The translations under genes were made by a program, and so were the position numbers. A stretch of DNA of 63,579 nt, filler included, from Saprolegnia diclina VS20 (lineage: Eukaryota), in assembly GCF_000281045.1 (NCBI RefSeq). It is 5 parts of one record of this genome, joined end to end, with 100 filler letters (N's around TTAATTAATTAA, not from the genome) between each part and the next. Parts side by side here need not be neighbours in the genome. Positions count along the whole stretch, not along the records: positions 1 to 31,133 come from NW_008246137.1; 4 more parts are not named here. One strand, given 5' to 3'. Positions within the stretch are counted from its first letter, which is position 1, and every line of letters starts with the position of its first letter. Under the pieces are notes generated by a model. That model did no database searches. It was given only the letters and a program-made list of their open reading frames with translations, and was not told the origin of the DNA. Positions 11,401-24,865 of the stretch are shown here, one piece after another.

Positions 11401-13070
11401 AGGACTTCGCGCTCGAGGAGGCGGCGGCAGTCGCCCGACGCCATCGACAGCGCCGACGCGCCGTTCTAGATGCATTCATTCCTAGCTCTTTTCGAAATAT
11501 GGCCTACATTGTCGAGCACAGTGATCGCGGCGTTGTGCTGGAGCAGGTAGGACACGATGTGCGTGTGGCCTTCGGCCGCCGCCAGCATGAGCGCTGTGCG
11601 CCCCGTCTACGTCAAACGACTATGAGACAATCGCGAATCACACGCGATATAGTGTACGTCGTCCTTGTCGTTGAGGGCCTTGCGCGTGCGCACAAGCTGG
11701 TCGAGCTGCCCGGATTTGCTAAAGTACAGGGCCGGGTGTTGCTGCCGCAGGAGCAGCAAGGCCTTGCAGGCCGAGTGGCCCTTCTCGGTCGCGAGCTGCA
11801 GCGCCGTCTTGTTGTCCTAAATCAGACTGAGACGAGGCTCTCGAGAGACGTGTACGTGGTTGGTCGCTGTAAAGTCGGCGTCCGCGTCCAGCAGCTGCTG
11901 CAAGACAGTCACGTTGCCGACGGCAGCCGCGATCATGACGGCCGTCATCCCGCCCTGTATCTCATATAGTGTCAGAGGAAGAGAGATTAGGGTACCGAGT
12001 TGAGGCGCGCCTCCAGTGGCGTCTCGGACTGCGCGAGGAGGACGCGGACGATGTCCGTGTTGCCCTTCTTGGTCGCAAGCAAGAGGGCTGTCGACCCATT
12101 CTACACCACGACTTGCAGGTCGAACGAGACAACGGTAGAACGAACCGACGTGACGGCAGTGACGGCGGCGTTCGCTGCTAGCAGCTGCTTGACACAGTCG
12201 ACGTGGCCATAGTCGCAGGCGCACAGCAGTGGCGTCCAGCCATCGTCGTTGGGCAAGTCGACATCGGCGTCATACTTCAAGAGCGCGCGAAGCGGCTCGA
12301 TGTGGCCGTTGATGGCCGCGATGAGCAGCGGCGTGTTGCGTTCCTACAGCGTCCTCTGTCGTTCCTGGTGTCGTGGAGAAGAGTGTAGTACGTAGTTGTA
12401 GACGTTGGTGCGGGCGTGCGCGCCGAGCAGCATCTGCACGATCTTGGTGTTGCCGTTCTCGGTCGCATAATGCAAGGCCGTGTTGCCCGCCTACGTAGCG
12501 TATCATTGAGCTTCTGGGGCGTGCAAAGGGTCGAGGAACAGACGTCGTCGGCGACTTCGGTGCTCGCGTGGTGCTCGAGAAGCACCTTGGCGATGAGCGC
12601 GAGGCCGTGGAAGCAGGCGTAGATGAGCGCCGTCTTGCCATCCTACACAGTCGAGCATCGTATCGAAGCGTCAACGTGATGGACAGCGTACGGCGAACGT
12701 CGACTCGAGGTTGGCGTTGTGGCTCGCGAGCAGCGCGACCGTGTCGATGCAGCCCTTCTGCGTCGCCCGCAGCAACGCCGACGGCCGATCCTAGCCATGA
12801 AGCGTCGGCGAAAAGGCGAGTGGCCGGGAGAGCGCACCTCACGCTGGGCCTCGGGCGACGCGCCGTGGGCGAGGAGGACGCGGACAACGTCGTGGTGGCC
12901 GTGGGCAGCCGCGTTGACCATGGCCGTGTCGCCCGCCTATGCATCGCCTCAGCGTTAGCGCGGACCAACCATCGTACCTCGTCGACTTGCTCGGCGTCCT
13001 CACCGAGCGCAAGGCGGCGCTTGACCTCGAGCACGTTCCCACGCCGGGCGTCGCGGAGGAGGCTGCTCAT
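8405..13070 (-). CDS. Ankyrin-repeat TRP-like cation channel (TRPA/TRPN-like architecture), >20 exons
   Basis: Spliced exons give ~15 or more ankyrin repeats (AGDTAMVNAAAHGHHDVV, DGKTALIYACFHG, AGNTALHYATENGNTKIV, DGWTPLLCACDYGHVDCV, TGRTALMLAAAEGHTHIV, DGWSALMYAASFGHDALV). These are followed by pre-S1 LQHIIMRRVLQLKWE, six TM-like segments, LFGQI pore, LLLNVLIAMMNNT and a coiled-coil tail. Confidence 0.88.
10461..10500. repeat. Short (attgaaac)n tandem repeat in an intron of the ankyrin-TRP gene
   Basis: attgaaac attgaaga attgaaac attgaaac attgaaac read directly. Confidence 0.85.
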
Positions 13071-13120
13071 TTGCTGTCAAATTCGACGATCCAGTGGAAG
13101 CGCCAAGTGGATGCTTGCAA

Positions 13121-13142
13121 TGTGAAAAATGCATTTTTCACA
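13121..13142. promoter_or_regulatory. Perfect 22-bp palindrome in the divergent ANK-TRP/MCM2 promoter region
   Basis: tgtgaaaaatgcatttttcaca equals its own reverse complement and lies ~50 bp upstream of the ANK-TRP ATG. The palindrome is certain; a regulatory role is inferred. Confidence 0.4.
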
Positions 13143-13933
13143 CCGTCAGTATGTTTTCCTATCCGACACCTCGAAATTTACCTTGAAGTGAGTATGTCGC
13201 GTGCAAAACAGCGTGAAAATCGAGTGGGAAATCAATCTGAGAAAGGGCGGTCGGCGATCGAATTCATTGAAATCTGCGATCGTTTGTAGCCGTTCGTGCA
13301 ACCAGAGCCGTGTGATAGATGGCCACCACTGACGGTCGGAAGATCGCCACGCGCCAGCACCGTGGCAGTACGGCAGGCAGAGTAGAACGGCGGCTTCTCC
13401 ATGTTTTTTCGCAATTTTGGCCGAGGAACGTGGGAGGATCCCGAGGAAGCCTTTGAACAGCGATGGCCACGCGGTCTGTCTATTTCTAAGGCTTGAATCT
13501 CAGTCCTCGGAAATTTGAGCAGCGGCAAGCACACCGTGGGCCTCTGGAGAGAAGAAGCCGGCGCCATGGCATGCAAGCCGCCATCTCGTCCGTCCTTGTC
13601 GCAAGACTGCCAGCGTATCTAGAAGCTTGCAGAAGCGATGCTAAAAAGTTTTAGGGCGCCAACTTCAAGCCGCCGAGAGACGAAGAAGACGGAAGCCAAT
13701 TCGCTTTGGCAGCGAAGACGTGTTGGCGCAAGCTACTCTGTTCCTGGTTGCACTGAGGACGGCGTCGTTCTTGCTGGTGCAACGTTGCAGTTTGTGTCGT
13801 TTAGGAAAAGCCAGGTACGATATTCGCTTAGGAAAACACTGTAATGGCTTTGCATATCCGGATGCTGTTCGGATACGATATACGGATACGAGAGGCCCTT
13901 GATCCATTTTTCAAGGCGCGAAACCACGGGAGC

Positions 13934-17115
<3,182 letters not shown>

Positions 17116-17575
17116 TACAGTACCTCCCTTTTATATAGTCTATTCTGTGTATGATCGTCGAGGTCATTGCGTCTAGTCGATTTCTTTGTTATAGAAAGGA
17201 GGACTAGGAAATCCAGAACAATGGCGTCATGTTTTTAAATGCCTGTGTGAATTGTATGCAATAATATTGTTTTCGATAAATGATTTGATTGGTTCTTTAA
17301 GTTTGAATTTGGACCAATCCTGTGCGATGCAATGCGCGCGCCGGCCGCGAGAGGACCGTTGCGATCGCAAATCGCGTTGGAAAATGAAATCGCTCAAGCG
17401 ACGTCCATCGATAGAAGACACTTTGGGGAGTCGAACGCTGCATCGCCAGTGCTCGTGCGAGGAGTAGAGCTCGAGGTAGGCGTCGACGCGTTTTAGTTAT
17501 GGCACATGCCATTAATACCCATATTTAGCCATATTTATTTCGATTCGGCTACCGACATTGAACTTTGGCGACGAG

Positions 17576-20136
17576 CTAGTTGTCCGCGGCGTCGGACCAT
17601 CCCGCCATGATGTCATCGGTCGAGGGTTTAGCCATCGACGCCTCGAGCGACATCACCATTTTGCGATCTTCGGCGCGCTGCCATTGCTGCTGGCGGTGCA
17701 AAGAGAGGTCGCGCAACGTGGCGTGGCCTGGTTGAGGCACCTTGATGACGACGCGTCGACGGTCCATCTCGAGCCGATCGGCGTTGGCAGCGATAATGGC
17801 GCGCAAAACACGGCAGGTGAAACGCAAAGCGTTGATCCTGGTCTCGGTGCCGTCGGCCAAGAAGGTAGCAAACGCTGCGCAGTAATGGCAGTGGCGCCGG
17901 TCGACCGGAATGTCATCGTAGACAAAGTCGGGCAAGTCAGGGATCGGGTTTAGCGCGCCGTTCGCAACGAGTGTGTCCCGACAAGTGGCCGCCAGGTGCA
18001 CGAAAATGTTGCGGTGGGGAGCGGCAAGCACAGCCTGTAGCTGCTTCAAAGCGCGGTACAAATGCGCCCGGCGGGCGTAAAGTGTCGCCGGAAGAGCTGC
18101 CGCCCACGACGTCAAGAACCCTGCCACGGCCTCGGGGGCGACGATCGCGAGAAGCTTGGTCACGCTCACAGCCACTTCGGTGCGCGCATCCATTCGAGAG
18201 GTGCTGGCGACCAGCGCCTGGGCGACGCCCAGCGCCCACCCAGCGACAACACCGTGCATGGACGGCGCAAGCACTTGCCCCTGAACGAGCTCGTAGACGA
18301 CATGGACAGTCCTCGAGTCGCCGAGTGCGTAGGCGGCGTCGAGGAGGCGTCGACTGCAGCGATGGGCCGTGCACAAAAAGATGTCGCGGAGGTTCTTGGG
18401 CTCCACGTAACAGCGATAGTGTTGTCCGTCCCCGTCGCTGCGCGTGGCGGCAGTGTCGAGGGCCGACACGAGAGCATCCACGTACACCTTTACTGGCAGC
18501 GCTACCTCGAACGTGAGTGCTTGCAGCACGGCCGCCGGCACGAATCGAAGCGTATCGACGTCGGATTTGCAGTGCCAAAGCAACGTGGCGACGCGGTTTT
18601 GGCGCACGTAGAGGTAGTCGTCGATGATCGCAATGACCGACGCCGGTACGCGGCCATCGAGCCAGTTGGTCGGCAAATGCGCCGCGTCATTGGCCGTGAG
18701 CCCGTCCAGGTACGCGTCCAAGAGGATGTAGCTTGCGCCAATGTCGCTCGGAACGTAGCGTTCGCCGGCCAGACGTGTGCAGATGACATCAAAACACACT
18801 TTGATGAATTCGCCGACGAACGGGACGTCGAGGGCAGCGCAGAGCGGCTCGTCGGCGACACCGGCGAAGCTTGCGAGAAGCCGGCACGCTTTCGGCGCGT
18901 CGATCAGGTTGGTGCACTCCACCCAGCGAGCCACGAGCCGCGCGACGGCACCACCGAGTCGGCACCATCCCAGTGTCACCAAGCAGGTTCGCACGAGCTC
19001 CGCGAGCGTCGTCAGAGATGGCGGCGAGTCGAACTGGAGCGCGGACCCGAGGACATCCGAGACAAAGATCTCGATGAGATCAACATCGCCAAACGCCAAG
19101 AGCCGATGACACAGATGCGGCAAAAAGGCCGGCAATCTTCGCTTCCAGAGAGCTGGAAGATGGCCAACGAGCCGAGAAGGAGGTCGCGGACGCTACCGAG
19201 ACCGAGATGCCAAGTCGAGCTGGGCTCAGCGCTCAGCATCGCCGCGGCCAAGCCGACAATGCCGGCGCGGTACTGCGTCGGCCAAAACAGCAGCGCGACC
19301 TTCGGTTGGTAGCGTGATTCGCTCTCGCCGCTGAGGAAGCGATGGACGCGCTTGCCGACGAGACTCGCGACGACCGCGTCGGGGATCATACACGACGGGT
19401 GCGGGCGGCAGGTGTTGACGACTGCGTCGACTTCAACGAGAGCGACGTCGAAGCGCCGCGTGGCCAAAAGCACGTCGAGGATGGCGGCGTCGGCGGGGCA
19501 AAGCGCCTCAAACGCGAGGACCGGAGCCGTGAGGACGTGCGCGATGCGTTGGTCCTGGAGCATTGGCATCGACGCAATGCGCGTCAGCTCGTGTAGCATG
19601 GCGTCTCGGCTCGACAGCAAAATCGCACGCGTTCTGGGATGCCGGCGCACAATGTCAAACACAAGCATGTGTCGGGTACCGGCCGTGATGGGCGCCGACG
19701 CCAACACCGCGCCGAGCGGTACAACGACGTAGCGCACCTCTGACGTTGGCTCCAACGTCGTTGTCGTCGCGCCGAGCGTCCACGCTAGCGACCCACCAGT
19801 GTACGCCGACGGCAGCACGACGAGAAGCGTGCCAATGGCCCCTAGCGTCATCGGCGTCAAGTCGGTGCTGGCGCCGGCGCAAGCGACACTGAAATGAGAC
19901 TCGATGACGTCCAAGGTCATGGCGGGCGAGGCCTGGAGGCAGAGCGCGGTCGCTGCTTTGCTGAGGATCTCGGACAGCACGGTCGACCACGCGGGCACGT
20001 TGGCGATGGAGAAGGGAGCGCGTCCCTCGACCAGTGTTACCGCAGGCGTGGCGTCGCACGGAAGCGTGCCCATGTACACGTGCCGGTTGGGGCGGCGTAG
20101 CGGCCACAGCGCGGCTTCGTACGCTTCGATGGTCAT
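17576..20136 (-). pseudogene. Degenerate 2OG-Fe(II)-oxygenase-like domain protein, split by an apparent frameshift near 19140 (pseudogene or sequence error)
   Basis: ORF 19012-20193 has GTLLVVLPSAYTGGSL and APITAGTRHMLVFDI (DSBH oxygenase-like strands). Coding continues in another frame (17576-19135) to CHYCAAFATFLADG. No GT-AG intron is visible at the frame change. Confidence 0.55.
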
Positions 20137-20568
20137 GACGATCGATGTCTTGTGCTCCACCCGAGGAATTTGGAAATGCCGACTTTGTTTCAAAGTATCG
20201 ACGGCTCTTTATCCGGATAATTGAAGGATTTGCGTCCCCCATTCGCTCGTCTTCACTTCTTTATATACAAGATTCAAGATGTCAAGTCGTCCGGATAAAC
20301 GGTTCTGTGCTCACTTCGTGCGCATGGCCAGTCGGGCGCCTGCGCAACACTTGTGAATGCGCTCGCGCATGTCGCTGCAGTGGCCTCGCGCCATGCTCGT
20401 CACTGCGCTTCCCTAAGCTCGTTACACGATGGGCGCAGCCTACTGCCTACTGTTCGCACGAGCACTCGTGACGGTTCTGTGAGCCATATCCTGGCAGGCT
20501 GCCACGTCAGCATCCATAGACTAAGTTCTCATATACATAGATTCTCTGTGTCAAAGGCGAGTTGCTGG

Positions 20569-22452
20569 CTAGCGAGAGCCAAAGTGCGCGCGGTTGATCT
20601 TCTCGGGCAGCAGCTGCGTCATCTCGAGCGAGATCGCGCGCTCGGCCTGGAAGCACGACGCCGACGCGGTGAGCGCCACGACGCTTTCGTGCAGGCGCAA
20701 GCTATAGCCAAACGAGTCCTCAGTCGCCATTCATTCCATCCTCGTGACTACCTCTCTGACCACGCCTGGACGGTCGCTGCAGCATCGAGAAACTGGAGTT
20801 TGCCGTAGAGTCGCGCCAAGTAGAAGACGCCGGTGAAGAACGGGAGAAGGTCCTCGTCGCTGCTGAGGTGCGTCGGGCGACGCAACGGGCGCGGCAACGG
20901 CACGTCGATCTCGCTGCGGGCGTCCGTACCTTGTTGGAAGTAGTAGAGCTGCAGAAACCGCGTGTAGCACCGGATCCCGTCGTGGCCGTAGCTCTATCCA
21001 CCAATCCATTGGATACCTGGATAGATAAAAGATAAATGGATCGATGGATACGTTGGTTTGCGCGTAGGCTTTCGAGAGGTGCAAGCACTTGAGATCGTGG
21101 AGCGCGCCGTAGACGTCGGCGGCTTCAAAGAGCAGCTCTTGGACGAGGTACCCGAACGCGTTGCGGTTGAGGTCGACCGCGTCCGCGCCGTCGGGGTGGA
21201 AGAGGAGCGGCGTGAGGTAGCTCAGGCGCCGCGTGAGCATGGCCATCTGCCGCTTCCGGTCGGGCTCGTACGGCAAGAGCCGGGCGTACGCGCAGCTTTG
21301 CAGCTGCAGGACCCGAATGTGATCGGTCACGTGGCCGTCCAAGACAAAGACGTCCTACGCTCGATGGTGTTGGGTCGTCCGTAAGGACCGGGTTACGCGT
21401 ACCTTGGCAGCATCGAGGCAGGCCATCGCTCGCCTGAAGAGCGGGCGGGCGTCGTCCAATGACGTGATTGGCGACGCGAGCGGCCAGAGGTCATTCGCAC
21501 TCGCTGGGTGCGGCAGACTCGGGAAGAGTGGCGTCGGCGGCGGTGAGGGCTCGTTCGGCGGACGTTGGAGGACGTTCATGTAGATTTTGGCTTCAACGAG
21601 CGCGATGCGGCCTCGGACATCGTCGTCGACGTTGGTTGGCGTCACGTGCTTGCAGGCCAAGACACATTCGATGGCCTACAAGTCATATAGTATCAAGTTG
21701 ATAGAAAGAAAGCCGAGTACGGTCGCGGCGGCGTGCGTGGTCGTGTAAAACGTGGCGAGGCCGAGACAATTCTTGACCCAGTCGGGCGGAAGCTCGTCGG
21801 TGAGCGGCCCAGCCGCTTGCAGCTGGCGGCGAAGCGTCTGCTGACAAAAGTGCGCCGACGCCGCCGCGTCACCGACGTGGCCATACACCTGCGCGAGGTA
21901 GAACATGGTGTGCGTGTGCGCCGACCCGAGCAGCATGTCCGTGTCGGCGTCGTTCGCGCAGAGCGCGTCGGCCGTCGTCAAGTAGCTCAGCGCCTTTGCG
22001 TGCTGTGAGCGATGGCACCACAAAATACCGAGCTGGTTGAGCAGCTCTACCCTGTCCGCTTAGCATGCTACGCGTGATGCAAAGAATGTACCGACGACAT
22101 CGACGAGGTCGACGTTGATGTTGGCGGGTACGAGATGCGACGGCGACGGCAGCGCAGTGGGCACCGTCGACGCCGCAGCGTCCGGCGCGAGGCCTGCTAC
22201 ATACGCGAGCAGCGGTGCGCTCGCCGGCAGCACCGCGAGCGCCTTCTCCAAGCACGGCTGCGCTTCGTGGGGCTCTTCGACGGCCATCGCAATCTGCCCG
22301 AGCAGCGAGAGCCGCAGCAGTTGGTCCTGCGGCGTCTGCGCCGTGGCCGCGAGGAGCTGCGTGCGCGCCTCGTAGAGGTGCTCGTACGGCTGGTGGGCGT
22401 CGACGGCCCCGGCGGCCATGAGCCGCTTCGCCTCCGCGAGTACGTCCTTCAT
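20569..22452 (-). CDS. KIFBP: KIF-binding protein (KBP/KIFBP) homolog, multi-exon
   Basis: QPYEHLYEAR, LNQLGILWCHR, HTHTMFYLAQVYGH, VFVLDGHVTDH, EPDRKRQMAMLTRR and a terminal EMTQLLPEKI all match KBP family motifs. Confidence 0.85.
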
Positions 22453-23522
22453 GGCTCCAAGCGGCGCGGAAAGATCGCGATGGCGTGTCCCGTACCTTTT
22501 TTCTCGGCCAATCAAACGCCAGCGGATTATTAACCCGACCAAGACCCGTCGCTACACCGCCCGACCTTTCTATGCTCAGCACTGGATGGCGAATACCAAA
22601 ATTATGCACGCGGCGACGGGGTTCGAAGCGGTGGCCGCCGAGGCACGCTTTGAACCTGGTCGCTTGGCTGCTTCAACCAGACTGCATCGTCGTACTATCG
22701 GACCAGTGTGTATCATAGGGTGTCGGTGCACGCCAGCCAGATGGAGAACGACAAAAGTCGGAGGGAACCAGCGTAGCTCGTCGTAACTCGGACGCTGGCG
22801 AGGCGTCGTGGGCGGCAGCGTCAGCGAGGGTGCGCTGTGACGTCCGAGGCGGGCCTGCTTCAAGCCGCTGGAGATTGCCATCAATGAATCATCGTCGCCC
22901 TGTCTCGGAATTCGACGGATGTGGGACGACCCACGTGGCGCGGCAAGTCACGCCGCCGCGGCCACGCACCGCGACGCCATCCTAATCTCTCGCGAGCCTT
23001 TGACGAGCTCCTGCAAACGGCATCTCGTAGCCACGAGTCGTCGGTTGGACTAGGTATACGATGGTGTCGGAGCCGGACGTGGCACGGGCCAGGGGCGTGC
23101 GTCACAACCGCCATGACTCGCATCAAGCTGACGCGTCGGTTCGTTTCGATCGTGTCCGCGGATGACCACCGTCTAGCATGTGTCACCGCCTCTGTCTCTT
23201 CCGTCGTGTCGGTCCTCGGTCGACCCGACCATGGCGCGATGCTCCAAGTCGACCATCGCCACGCCCCTACGCCCGCGGTCCAGTATAAGATCTACTAAGC
23301 TTAGAGGCACAGCACGCAAAGCGCCAGGTGCGCGCTGGCCTTGGCCGCCACTTTGCCCTTTCCCTGTCGACTTTGCACTTGGTCACGCCGTGTCGCAGCG
23401 CGTGGATGTACACACCGCACCCGCTGTCACAAACCAGAGACGCTTTTCGGTCCAGAAAATAGAAGCCCGCCGACTGGCCTCATGCTGCGAAGCTGCTGAG
23501 TCGTCGTATTTCCGTATTCACC

Positions 23523-24164
23523 ATGCCGGCCGTGAACCTCCGCGCGACGATCCAGTACAAGCCGCCGGCCAACACGACGGTCCAGGCCGCGCTCGACACG
23601 TTCCGGTCGCCGCAGTGGGTCGGCTACATGCTGCGCCACATTGTGCCCTTCCTCAAAGCGTCGAGCGGCGCGAAGCTCCACGTCCTCGCCGACCTGCCCA
23701 AGCTCGATCGCTGCGACAGCGACTGCGTCATCTGCATGGGCGCCATGGACGACGGCGCGATCGAGCTGCCGTGCGGCCACCACTTCCACACCAACTGCAT
23801 CGACGCGTGGCTGCGCCTCCGCAACACGTGCCCCACGTGCCGGTACCAGTTTGAAAAGCAAGTCTCTGGCACGTATGCGATCCGCAGCATCAACACGGCG
23901 CTCTGCCTCGACGGCGTGCGGTCCGCCGACGTCGACGACGTCCTCGGCCGGTCGCTCGACGGCTCGGCGCTCAGTGCCATTGTGCACGTGACCATGGTCC
24001 CGGCGGCGACGCTGCCGCCCATGGAGCGCTACCCGTGCGTCATGAACGCAGCCATTGTCCGCGGCCCCGCGCCGACAACCAACGCCGTGCGGTCACCGTC
24101 GGCGAAGCGCAGTCGCCCCCACGAAGCGACGCCGCCCGTGCCCAAGCACACTAAGTTATGTTAA
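23523..24164 (+). CDS. RING-H2 zinc-finger protein (putative E3 ligase)
   Basis: CVICMGAMDDGAIELPCGHHFHTNCIDAWLRLRNTCPTCR; single exon. Confidence 0.9.
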   Translation: MPAVNLRATIQYKPPANTTVQAALDTFRSPQWVGYMLRHIVPFLKASSGAKLHVLADLPKLDRCDSDCVICMGAMDDGAIELPCGHHFHTNCIDAWLRLRNTCPTCRYQFEKQVSGTYAIRSINTALCLDGVRSADVDDVLGRSLDGSALSAIVHVTMVPAATLPPMERYPCVMNAAIVRGPAPTTNAVRSPSAKRSRPHEATPPVPKHTKLC

Positions 24165-24865
24165 AGTTATTCGATAGACGTTTGTAATATAGTAGAAATG
24201 ATGATGCTTGTTGTCTTCGACCGTCCGCGCTCATTTTGGTCCGCGCTCGCTGGTTCTGGAGACAGGAGCTGATCGCAGCTTGCAGAGTAGCGAGCGACCG
24301 CCGTCTCTACAAGCCTTGCACGCGACACGAAGGCGTCTCTGCGATCGCCAGCAAGACCACATCCGCGTGCTGCGCAGCGGTCGCTGCGACAGCATCGCTT
24401 GCGTCCGCCCGTGCCAGCTCCGCGACAGAAACGGGCTCCGACCTCACGCGTCTCTTGTCCAGCCACGCCCGTCCTTATACTGAACCCTTGGTCGTCGTTC
24501 GGGTGCGGCGTCATGTCCTCTTCGCCTTGGAGGCGGCAAGACTAAAGGCAACTAAGATCCGACTAAGCTCTTCCTCTGCGCCACCTCCTTGCTACATCGT
24601 ACGCCGTGTAAACCAGTAGCTTGACGACCACGAGTGCTGCCGCTCCCATTCTTCTTCTTCACTGCATCGTCCCAGCGGCGCCTGTCTGCGAAACACTGTT
24701 TTCGCCACTGTTTCGATCGTGATACAGTGTGTCGGTACCTGTGGTTAAACGTGGCAGATGCCAAAAATACACGATTTCCGTGCGCACACTAATTGCGGCG
24801 CTGCTGGAGCCAACCAGCGGCGATTGGTCGTGACGATTAGACGCTTCAACACGGAATTTCGCAAG

